In this document: in pieces, positions 19,767 through 27,813 of the stretch
Layout: the number at the start of each line of letters is the position of its first letter
How positions within the stretch are numbered: the first letter of the stretch is position 1
Virus record (IMG/VR): IMGVR_UViG_3300043395_003072
Location: 32,001 to 96,000 of that record
From: a virus
Length of the DNA: 64,000 bases
Direction: 5' to 3' (one strand)
Notes under the pieces: model-generated
Databases searched by the model: none
What the model was told of the DNA's origin: nothing
The model's input: the letters and a program-made list of their open reading frames with translations, nothing else
Program-made: the position numbers and the translations under genes

Positions 19767-19775
19767 AGGAAATAA

Positions 19776-19889
19776 ATGAAAATTGTCTCCAAGCAAGATG
19801 CTGGAGAGCAAGTAGTTTACGATATTGGAGTGGCTAGCTTAGAAGGTCATAACAATTTCTTACTAAACAATGGGCTCGTAGCATCTAAC
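19776..19889 (+). mobile_element. Split intein C-terminal half (IntC, 38 aa)
   Basis: MKIVSKQDAGEQVVYDIGVASLEGHNNFLLNNGLVASN followed by Cys+1 (TGT 19890); blocks F (VYDIGV) and G (ASN/C); has its own AAGGA RBS. Confidence 0.95.
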
Positions 19890-21038
19890 TGTTTTAACAA
19901 AGCGCATAGTGTTAGTTACTCTGTTCTAACTTACATTACTGCATACCTAAAGGCTCACTACCCTGTTGAGTTTTTCACCTCTCTGATGTCTACTCGATCA
20001 AAGACTTTGCAACCTAAAACCTGGGCTATTAAAGCTCCAGAATATATCAAGGAAGCAAAACACTTTGGAGTAGATATTAATCCTCCATCTGTAAATCAAA
20101 GTAGCTTTGAGTTTACTGTTATAGGCTCAGAGATTTACTTTGGACTTAATGCTATTAGGGATGTAGGGCAAACAGCTGCAAGAGCTATTATTGCAGCTAG
20201 AGGCTCTATAGCTTTTAAAGATATTAAAGACTTTCTTAATAGAGTTAATCTTCAGAAGGTAAACACTAAGGTCTTTGAGGCTCTTGTTAAAGCAGGTGCT
20301 TTTGACAAGATGGGTTATACTCGATCAGAGCTTCTAGAAAATACTTCTGCTATTTATTCTTATATAAAAGATATAGAAGATTATAAACAGCGAGAAATTG
20401 ATTTTGTTGAAAGAGAAAATCACAATCTTAGAGTTGTTCCCTTAATAGAGCGTAGAGATTTTCTTAGAAATGAAATCAAGAAGATAGAGAATAGAATAGC
20501 TAAAGCTAAAGATAAGCCTGAAGATGCTGCCACACTTCTAGCTTATCAAGAAGAACTTCAACCTCTAGAAGATCAAGCACTTAAACGTTTACCTGCTTTG
20601 CAAAAGTTTGAGCTTCCAGTATTTCCTGAACTTCAAAGGAATAAACTTGTGCCTTTGAATCTTAAAGAAATTATGGAGCAAGCTCAATATATAGGTTGCT
20701 ATATTGGTGGTCATCCACTAGATCTTATTTCTATTGAGAAAGATGATCTGGATACTCTAGAAGAAGATACGTATGCAACTGTAGCCGGTGTTGTTCTATC
20801 TACTAAAACTGTAAAAACAAGATCAGGCAAGATGATGGCTTTCTTTGAAATAGATGATTCTACTAGCAGTGCAGAGATTGTAGTATTTCCGCAGCTCTGG
20901 TCTAAGGTAGAAGCTCTAGAAGTAAAAGAGACTGATATTTTAAAGTGCCGAGTTAAAGTTGAATCTACAGATCCAGATATAAAACTAATTCTTCAATCAA
21001 TAGAAAGATTTAAAATACAAAATGAAATGGACACCTGA
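19776..21038 (+). CDS. dnaE: DNA polymerase III alpha, piece 3: split-intein C-half plus fingers end, HhH and OB-fold
   Basis: ...GLVASN|CFNKAHSVSYS...AYLKAHYPVEF, PPSVNQS, FGLNAIRDVG, LVKAGAFD, GGHPL, TRSGKMMAFFEIDD...EIVVFP. Confidence 0.97.
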   Translation: MKIVSKQDAGEQVVYDIGVASLEGHNNFLLNNGLVASNCFNKAHSVSYSVLTYITAYLKAHYPVEFFTSLMSTRSKTLQPKTWAIKAPEYIKEAKHFGVDINPPSVNQSSFEFTVIGSEIYFGLNAIRDVGQTAARAIIAARGSIAFKDIKDFLNRVNLQKVNTKVFEALVKAGAFDKMGYTRSELLENTSAIYSYIKDIEDYKQREIDFVERENHNLRVVPLIERRDFLRNEIKKIENRIAKAKDKPEDAATLLAYQEELQPLEDQALKRLPALQKFELPVFPELQRNKLVPLNLKEIMEQAQYIGCYIGGHPLDLISIEKDDLDTLEEDTYATVAGVVLSTKTVKTRSGKMMAFFEIDDSTSSAEIVVFPQLWSKVEALEVKETDILKCRVKVESTDPDIKLILQSIERFKIQNEMDT

Positions 21039-22089
21039 AGAAGAAAAACTATTAGCTCGCTCTTTAGGCAAGCTTAACTATGCGGAGATTACTAGCCTAA
21101 TCAACGCAAAATATAATGAGAATACCCCCGGCTTTCCTTACCAAAGAACAGAGCCTGCAGTTCGCAGGAAGATCTTAAGGGATAAAATCACTCCAACTGA
21201 AACTAAAGAGTATTCAGATAACTGGGATTTTATTATTGAGACTGCCAAGGAGTATCGTTCAAGATCTACCAAGTTAGATGTTGGATTGTCTGATAGTAAA
21301 GAGCGCAAGATTATTTCTTTTAGTGATTTACACTTACCATTCTTTCTTTGGGAAGATATGGAAAAAGCTCTAATACAACACAAAGATGCTAATATTATAG
21401 TACTCAATGGTGACATTTTAGATGCTTATATATTCAGTACATTTTCTAAAAGTAAAAACATTGCAGCTATCAAAGAATATAAGATGGCTTTCGATCTAGT
21501 ACATTACCTCTCTGATAACTTTGAGAAAGTAGTATTAGTTTCAGGCAACCATGACTATCGAACATCTAGAGCTTTAAAGATGGCAGGCTTTTCTAATGAT
21601 GCCTCTTCTGTCTATGGTGGAGACTTGCTCTTTAGAATAGCTAATGGTGAGAAACTAAATGATCAAGCTGTTCTCGAAGAGAAGATTGAGTTTGATAATG
21701 TTTACTATCAACGAGCAGATCCGTGGTATGTACGTATAGGCAAAACTATATTCTGCCACCCATCAGGCTTTGGAAGTAAATATCCTGGAGCTACTGTAGT
21801 AAAACTACTTGACCATTTCTCTGAGAGAATGCAAGATAGTGATTTCGATTCTATCGTTGTAGGTCATACTCATAAAGTATATAAAGGTATTGTCTCCGGA
21901 AAGCTTCTTATTGAACAAGGAGCTATGGCTCATAGGCTCCCTTATCAATTCCAAGCAGACCTTAAATTTAAAAATGCAATGAATGGATATGCCGTAATTT
22001 ATCAAGACGTTTCCGGCAATACCAATTTCAACGATTCCACCCCAATTTACATAGGTTCACATCTACCTACTAAGAAAGGTCTAATATGA
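21022..22089 (+). CDS. Calcineurin-like metallophosphoesterase with N-terminal HTH/Myb-like segment
   Basis: SDLH, NGDILD, SGNHD, FCH, GHTH motifs; N-terminal WTPEEEKLL...RTEPAVRRK. Confidence 0.85.
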   Translation: MKWTPEEEKLLARSLGKLNYAEITSLINAKYNENTPGFPYQRTEPAVRRKILRDKITPTETKEYSDNWDFIIETAKEYRSRSTKLDVGLSDSKERKIISFSDLHLPFFLWEDMEKALIQHKDANIIVLNGDILDAYIFSTFSKSKNIAAIKEYKMAFDLVHYLSDNFEKVVLVSGNHDYRTSRALKMAGFSNDASSVYGGDLLFRIANGEKLNDQAVLEEKIEFDNVYYQRADPWYVRIGKTIFCHPSGFGSKYPGATVVKLLDHFSERMQDSDFDSIVVGHTHKVYKGIVSGKLLIEQGAMAHRLPYQFQADLKFKNAMNGYAVIYQDVSGNTNFNDSTPIYIGSHLPTKKGLI

Positions 22090-22427
22090 CTACTGCTACC
22101 GACAATATGCCTAAAGAAGTTGCTGATCAACCAACTCCATTTGGTTTTACTATGAATCTGGCTCAAGCTCTTGAGTCTCGAATTGATTATAATTTCAATT
22201 CAATTATCCAGCTTTCTCTTCTTGTCGAGTTTCTTTATGACAAACTTGAAGAGAAGGGTTTAGGTATTGAACTTGACGAAAGCTTCCAGAAGTTTCAAGA
22301 AGAACGACTCGCTGATATCAAGAAGCAGTTCCAAGAAATTACTGAGTCTGTAAATAAAGAAACGGAAGCTGCAGCTAAACAAGCTGTAGAAGAGATTGCT
22401 GAAAAGCTAGATCTTAAGGATAACTAA
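22086..22427 (+). CDS. Hypothetical acidic helical protein
   Basis: ATGA coupling, AAGG RBS. Confidence 0.6.
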   Translation: MTTATDNMPKEVADQPTPFGFTMNLAQALESRIDYNFNSIIQLSLLVEFLYDKLEEKGLGIELDESFQKFQEERLADIKKQFQEITESVNKETEAAAKQAVEEIAEKLDLKDN

Positions 22428-23452
22428 TGTCTTATCAAAGTAACTGGTCATTTGTTAATTGGATTACTAATGAGCTCTGTAAGATTCCATTAGATGAACA
22501 AAAGGCCCCTACATTATGGCCAAGCTCTGCTACGGCTATTGTAAATAACCAGGTAATGGGGAAATGTAGGCGCCAAGCATATTATCGTTATGCTACAGAT
22601 CTATATAACTTCAGCCCCAAGTATTCTCACCTAGAAGAACTTATCTCTACAATCAAGCAGAATAAGCTTCCTCCAAGTCTTTATACTCAATGGATTTGGA
22701 AACAAGGTGAGCTTTACGAGCAACACTGCATTGATCTTGCAAGAGACTCAGGTATTTATGTAGGTACTCAGGTATCTGTATATATCCCCGCTTTCAATGT
22801 TTCAGGGAAGATCGATCTTATTGTACTTAACCCAGAAACCTCTACTTATCATATTGTAGAAGTTAAATCTGTTTATGGATTTAATGCTAACTCAGTAATT
22901 GGTACTGATGCTAATCATCGTATGGGCAAGCTTGGAGAACCAAGAGATGCTCACTTAATGCAGCTAGGTATCTATCAGTGGTGGTATGGTAACCCAAAAG
23001 CTTGGGGTCCAGGTATTCTTCTCTATGGTTCTAGAGATACTGGCAGGGCTGCTGAGTATCTTGTTACTGTAGAAGAGATCGATGGCTTAGATTATATCTT
23101 CTATCAAGGTCAATACCCTGTAAAGACTGAAAAAGTTAACAGTGGCATTACTATTCAAAGCATTATGAATAATTACAAAATGATTATGGATGCTGCGGAT
23201 TCTAATGAGCTTCCACCTAAAGACTTTGAACTTATTTACTCTCAGGAAAAGATTGACGCTATGTATGAAGCTGGTCAGTTAAATAAAACTGATACAGTAC
23301 AATATGAGCGCCGTAAGAAGCAGATAGAGGAAGGTAAGACTAAGCTTACTAAAGAAGTAATTAAAGGTGATTGGCAATGTAGATTGTGCGACTACAAGAA
23401 AGTATGTTATCCAGATGCTCCCGATACAGAAGACGGAGATGTCTCCGAATAG
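22427..23452 (+). CDS. Cas4-like PD-(D/E)XK exonuclease
   Basis: PSS..KCRRQAYY, SGKIDL, VEVKS, QLGIY, C-terminal CRLCDYKKVC (1+3 Cys Fe-S pattern). Confidence 0.85.
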   Translation: MSYQSNWSFVNWITNELCKIPLDEQKAPTLWPSSATAIVNNQVMGKCRRQAYYRYATDLYNFSPKYSHLEELISTIKQNKLPPSLYTQWIWKQGELYEQHCIDLARDSGIYVGTQVSVYIPAFNVSGKIDLIVLNPETSTYHIVEVKSVYGFNANSVIGTDANHRMGKLGEPRDAHLMQLGIYQWWYGNPKAWGPGILLYGSRDTGRAAEYLVTVEEIDGLDYIFYQGQYPVKTEKVNSGITIQSIMNNYKMIMDAADSNELPPKDFELIYSQEKIDAMYEAGQLNKTDTVQYERRKKQIEEGKTKLTKEVIKGDWQCRLCDYKKVCYPDAPDTEDGDVSE

Positions 23453-23684
23453 CTTCTATGTTGAAGCTAATGTAAATAACAAGCATATAGATATCTATGG
23501 GCCGTACTCGAAAGAGGCGGCTTTTGATTTTATAGTTAAAGATTTACTTTCTTGTTTAAAACAAAAACATGCATCTTCATTCTTTTTATCATCATTACTT
23601 TATTATTTAGATGAAAATCAAAATAAGATTGTATTTTTAAAAAGAAACCTATCTAGGATAAATAATGAGAAGCCACAACGATAA
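23367..23684 (+). CDS. Hypothetical protein (likely start ATG 23439)
   Basis: GGAG upstream of MSPNSF; fills the gap between neighbours. Confidence 0.5.
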   Translation: MIGNVDCATTRKYVIQMLPIQKTEMSPNSFYVEANVNNKHIDIYGPYSKEAAFDFIVKDLLSCLKQKHASSFFLSSLLYYLDENQNKIVFLKRNLSRINNEKPQR

Positions 23685-24708
23685 AATATTTTCTTTAGAA
23701 GACCCTACTGCTCCTAAGCTTACGACAGATGATGTACTTCTAGTACCTACTATTGGAAAGCTACAGTCCCGATCTCAAGCAAAAGTAGACTCTACATTTA
23801 TTTATTCAAGTCCAATGGATGTAGTTACTGGGTTAGATCTATGTAAAGCTATGCTTAACGAAAGACAAGCTCCAGTACTTTGTAGGTTCCTACCAGAACC
23901 TGAACGAAGATATGCCTTGTCTTTATATCATGCTAATTCTAACTTCTGGTATTCTGTTGGTTTAAATAAAGAAGATTATGATTTCTTAGATTTTTACTTC
24001 ACTCAAAAAGGTAAGAATTCAAAAGTAAATGTATCTGTAGATATAGCCCATGGTGCAACTGAACAAGCTTATAAGCTTTATAAACTGTACTCAGAAGCCC
24101 CTTGGTGTAGAGCTATTATGTCCGGAACAGTAGCTACTCCAGAAGCTGCTGAATATGTGAGTAATTACTGCTCTCATATACGCGTTGGAATAGGTCCAGG
24201 AAGCGCTTGTTCTACAAGGATAGTCACTGGTTGCGGGTATCCTAATCTCGCTGCTGTATACGAAATTAGAGCTACATTAGGAAGTGATCATTATATTATT
24301 GCTGATGGTGGCATTAGATCTTCAGGAGATATCATTAAATACTTAGCGGCAGGTGCTGATGGCGTAATGCTTGGTAGTATGCTCTCTAGTATTGATGAGT
24401 CTCATGGATGGTTAGAACCATTTATTGGCAAACCATATAAGTATTATAGAGGTCAAGCTTCTAAGCAGTTTCAAATTGAACGTCGAGGGAAGGTTAATGG
24501 TGCGCCCGAAGGTGTTCAATCAAATAAAAAGATTTATAAATCAGGTAGCTTCTCTGATTTTAATAATCAAACAAAAGCATCAATTGCTTCGGCAATTTCG
24601 TATCTAGGTATTAACTGTATACAGGATTTAAATCCTGACAATGTTAAATTTGTTCGAATAACTACTTCTGGCTTACAAGAAAGCCACCCCCATATTTTAT
24701 TAAAATAA
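23665..24708 (+). CDS. IMP dehydrogenase / GMP reductase family protein (no CBS domains)
   Basis: DDVLLVP, SSPMDVVT, VDIAHG, catalytic RVGIGPGSACSTRIVTG, IIADGGIRSSGDIIKYLAAGADGVMLGSML, YRGQAS, PEGV. Confidence 0.9.
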   Translation: MRSHNDKIFSLEDPTAPKLTTDDVLLVPTIGKLQSRSQAKVDSTFIYSSPMDVVTGLDLCKAMLNERQAPVLCRFLPEPERRYALSLYHANSNFWYSVGLNKEDYDFLDFYFTQKGKNSKVNVSVDIAHGATEQAYKLYKLYSEAPWCRAIMSGTVATPEAAEYVSNYCSHIRVGIGPGSACSTRIVTGCGYPNLAAVYEIRATLGSDHYIIADGGIRSSGDIIKYLAAGADGVMLGSMLSSIDESHGWLEPFIGKPYKYYRGQASKQFQIERRGKVNGAPEGVQSNKKIYKSGSFSDFNNQTKASIASAISYLGINCIQDLNPDNVKFVRITTSGLQESHPHILLK

Positions 24709-24723
24709 AAGAAGGAGAATTAA

Positions 24724-27228
24724 TTGTACATTACTCAAGTCGATGAAGTTGTAACTCTTCTAAGAGGAAAGCTTCCTGACTATCTTAAACTTAAACTTGG
24801 TAAAGATTTTGATCCTACTAAGAAATTTAAATGCTTTGCTCATGACGATAACAGTCCCAGCATGCATCTCAATCCAAAGTCTGGTAATGAGACTGTAAAG
24901 TGTTTTGGTTGTGGTTTCCACGGCGATATCTTTACGGTTGCTAATCAGCTTGATAACTTACCTACCAATGGCCCTGAATGGCTATTTACTACGCTCCCTG
25001 AGCTGGCAAAACTATTCTCTATTGACTATCTTCCAGGCACTCTGACCGAAGAAGATAAAGAGAGAATTAATCTTTACAAAATTGCTCAAGATATCTCCGA
25101 TATCTTAGCTTCATTATCTCTTAATGATAATGAATATATTCTTGAGCGCAACTGGCTTCAAAAGCATGTTTCTGTAGGTTCTATTGATCAGACTGTTCTC
25201 ATTAATAAGTTGATGGAGCGAGGCTGGTCTTCTGAGTATATTAACTCTACAAATCTAATTAAGACTCGTTTCGTATCTTATTTTGGTGAAGACAAAGTTA
25301 CCTTTGCTATTAAAGATCATGTAAAGCGTACTGTTGGTTTTATTTGTAGAAATATTAATCATGAAGAAAAGCAGATTCCTAAATATATCAATACTCCAGA
25401 GTCTTTGATTTATAAGAAGAATCAAGCTTTATTAGGTTTAGATGTAGCTTATCAGGAAGCTAAAAAGTATGGACTTTATATCGTTGAAGGTCCAGGCGAT
25501 CTTATGCAACTTTATCGCCTTGGGGTCAAGAATGCTGTTGCTGTATGTGGCACTGCTTTTACTGAAGCTCATTTACTTCTTCTCAAGCAATTAGGAATCA
25601 GAAAGATTTTCTTGAACTTTGATTGGGATCAAGCGGGTTATGCTGCTACTCAACGAGTTCTAGAATCTATTCTCAAAACTACATCTGGTTTTTCAATCAG
25701 CGTAGTAATGGCTCCTGCTTCTGGAGACTACAAGGATGTAGATGATTTCTTGAAGGGGAAGGAGACTGCTCACGAATACTGGGATCTCCATAAGATGACT
25801 GCTTTTGAATGGCAGCTCAACTCATTCTCAGATCAAGATACTCCAGATATCATTTGCCAGAAAATGATTCCTATTGTCGCTGCTGAAGAAGCTACTGTAA
25901 AGCGTGAGCTTTATATTAAAGAGCTTTCTCAGTTCACCACAGTATCTGCTGGCTCTATTGCTGCAGATGTAAATGCTATTCGTAATAATAAGTTCTCTGA
26001 GCGTTTAGAGAAAACTAAAGCTGCTGCAGAATCTTATCTACGAGCTGTTACTGAAGATCCAGACTCTATTCGTTCTCATATTGCTAATCACGAACAACAA
26101 GTTGAGCTTATCGAGAAAGAATTCAAACAAGACTCTATCGGTATTAATTACCAGATTAGTCGCTTCGAAGCTATTCAGCAGCTTAGAGAAGAGAGTCAAG
26201 ATGATGACTCCGCTACTTCTTTTAAGATGAATTACTTCAAGCAGTTTGCTTTGAATATGAATGGCGGTATGCCCTGGACTACTGGCACTCTTATGTATGT
26301 CGGTGGTCGTGCTAACTCTGGTAAGACTGCAACTTGCTTGATGATTGCAACTGATGTCGCTTTGAGTGATGAGAACGCTGTAGTTCTAATTCACTCTACT
26401 GACGATTCTTATGAGCAAATCGAGCCTCGTATCAAAACTAATATCTATCGTATGACTTGTCCCGAAGGTCCTACGCTTACTATTGGTATGGTAGTTCAGC
26501 CTAAGCTTAATATGCGTGGTAAGGGTGATGAGCATTGGCAAGCTTTTAAACGAGCCAATGATACATTCAGAGAGCTCATTGAGAAAGAACGTCTTGTTAT
26601 TATCGACAGCGAAGACGGTCCTACATTATCTACTCTTGAGCAAAACTTAAGGTATTATAGGAATCGCTATCCAAATAGAAAGATTTTAATGGTGTGTGAT
26701 AACACCCACAACTATATTGAATTCATGAATTTGGAACAATCAGCTCGTATGACTGCTATCTCTAACCAGCAAAAGAATCTTACTGTTAAGTATCATGCTT
26801 GTATGATTGCTACTGCAGAGTATCGCAAGAACATGCCTATGGATCATAGCAAGATTAAGCTTCCGGTTGACGATGACCTTGCAGATGCCCGTGCGCTCAT
26901 GTATCGTCCCAACGTTATCTGGCATGTATATAACGATATCCATGATCGTAAAGAGCATGCAGAGATCTTCTGGCGAGATGAAGAAGGTAATATGCGCCCC
27001 CGCTTACTACTACACTTCACTAAGAACAAGATCTCAGGTTTCAAAGACAAGCTTATTCTTGACCTTGATCCTGCAACTGTAAGCCTTACTCCTGTAGATC
27101 CAAAGCAAGCTCTTCGCGATGCAGAGAGCTTCAAAGAGTTGAAAGAGTCAGGTTACGTACATACAGATGGCAAGCAAGTTAAATATATCGAAGCAGACGA
27201 ATATGACGAAGGAGAGTTAGATGGCTAA
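24724..27228 (+). CDS. Fused DnaG-type primase / SF4 (DnaB-like) helicase; TTG start
   Basis: CHC2 finger CFAHDDNSPS..CFGCG, KYINTPES, TOPRIM IVEGPGD / NFDWDQAG / YKDVDDF, Walker A GGRANSGKT; AAGGAG RBS. Confidence 0.92.
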   Translation: MYITQVDEVVTLLRGKLPDYLKLKLGKDFDPTKKFKCFAHDDNSPSMHLNPKSGNETVKCFGCGFHGDIFTVANQLDNLPTNGPEWLFTTLPELAKLFSIDYLPGTLTEEDKERINLYKIAQDISDILASLSLNDNEYILERNWLQKHVSVGSIDQTVLINKLMERGWSSEYINSTNLIKTRFVSYFGEDKVTFAIKDHVKRTVGFICRNINHEEKQIPKYINTPESLIYKKNQALLGLDVAYQEAKKYGLYIVEGPGDLMQLYRLGVKNAVAVCGTAFTEAHLLLLKQLGIRKIFLNFDWDQAGYAATQRVLESILKTTSGFSISVVMAPASGDYKDVDDFLKGKETAHEYWDLHKMTAFEWQLNSFSDQDTPDIICQKMIPIVAAEEATVKRELYIKELSQFTTVSAGSIAADVNAIRNNKFSERLEKTKAAAESYLRAVTEDPDSIRSHIANHEQQVELIEKEFKQDSIGINYQISRFEAIQQLREESQDDDSATSFKMNYFKQFALNMNGGMPWTTGTLMYVGGRANSGKTATCLMIATDVALSDENAVVLIHSTDDSYEQIEPRIKTNIYRMTCPEGPTLTIGMVVQPKLNMRGKGDEHWQAFKRANDTFRELIEKERLVIIDSEDGPTLSTLEQNLRYYRNRYPNRKILMVCDNTHNYIEFMNLEQSARMTAISNQQKNLTVKYHACMIATAEYRKNMPMDHSKIKLPVDDDLADARALMYRPNVIWHVYNDIHDRKEHAEIFWRDEEGNMRPRLLLHFTKNKISGFKDKLILDLDPATVSLTPVDPKQALRDAESFKELKESGYVHTDGKQVKYIEADEYDEGELDG

Positions 27229-27508
27229 AGATACAGATATTGGAATTTATTTATTCTCAGACAAAACATTTTACTATCTAGAAGCTGGTGATAATTTTAT
27301 CGGCAATACTCTAGATAGAGTTCGCAAAACTTTGATTCAACGAGGCAAGATTGTTGGTCTTGTCGAGACTCCTCATAAGCAATCATATGAGATGATTACT
27401 GTTAAGGAGGCTCGAGCTAGAGACCTTAAAATGCAACCTGTTTATATATCTAAACATGTTCAGCAACTTGCACCAACAGAGCCTGCCAAGCAGAAAGGAT
27501 TTAAGTAA
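27221..27508 (+). CDS. Hypothetical protein
   Basis: AAGGAG RBS, coupled ORF. Confidence 0.6.
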   Translation: MAKDTDIGIYLFSDKTFYYLEAGDNFIGNTLDRVRKTLIQRGKIVGLVETPHKQSYEMITVKEARARDLKMQPVYISKHVQQLAPTEPAKQKGFK

Positions 27509-27813
27509 TGCCTTACTCCTCTCCAGTTTGGTTTGCTAGTGTAGGGTTTCTCATTTGTTTTGCAATCGTAGGTTATATTTGGCCCGAGCCGCCGAAATAC
27601 GAAGTCTTTTGTAAGGCTACTATTGAAGAGTTAGCTAAAACTAAGAACTCTTTATCATTACAATCTACTAGATGTTTAACTGAAAAAGCTAAGCTTGTAG
27701 AGGATTGTAAGGTTGATATGGATAAGTTTTGCGCTAGCAAAATAGAAGCTGTTTCTAAATTATGCGATGAAATTAACTGCACACTTTTGGAGGTCATATG
27801 CTCAGAGCAATGA
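27508..27813 (+). CDS. Membrane-anchored Cys-rich coiled-coil protein (possibly spanin-like)
   Basis: N-terminal TM VWFASVGFLICFAIVGYIW, then a helical region with several Cys. Confidence 0.45.
   Translation: MPYSSPVWFASVGFLICFAIVGYIWPEPPKYEVFCKATIEELAKTKNSLSLQSTRCLTEKAKLVEDCKVDMDKFCASKIEAVSKLCDEINCTLLEVICSEQ

Noticed and set aside
8253-19775. Cassette as a transposon, integrative element, invertible shufflon or DGR target
   Set aside because: No transposase, recombinase, reverse transcriptase, terminal repeats, inverted genes or near-identical TR/VR pair seen by eye.
5083-21038. dnaE as a decayed pseudogene
   Set aside because: All three pieces are long intact ORFs that together hold every catalytic motif, and the intein splice residues are conserved.
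22427-23452. CRISPR-Cas locus
   Set aside because: Solo Cas4-like nuclease; no cas1/cas2, and no repeat-spacer array or intergenic space for one.
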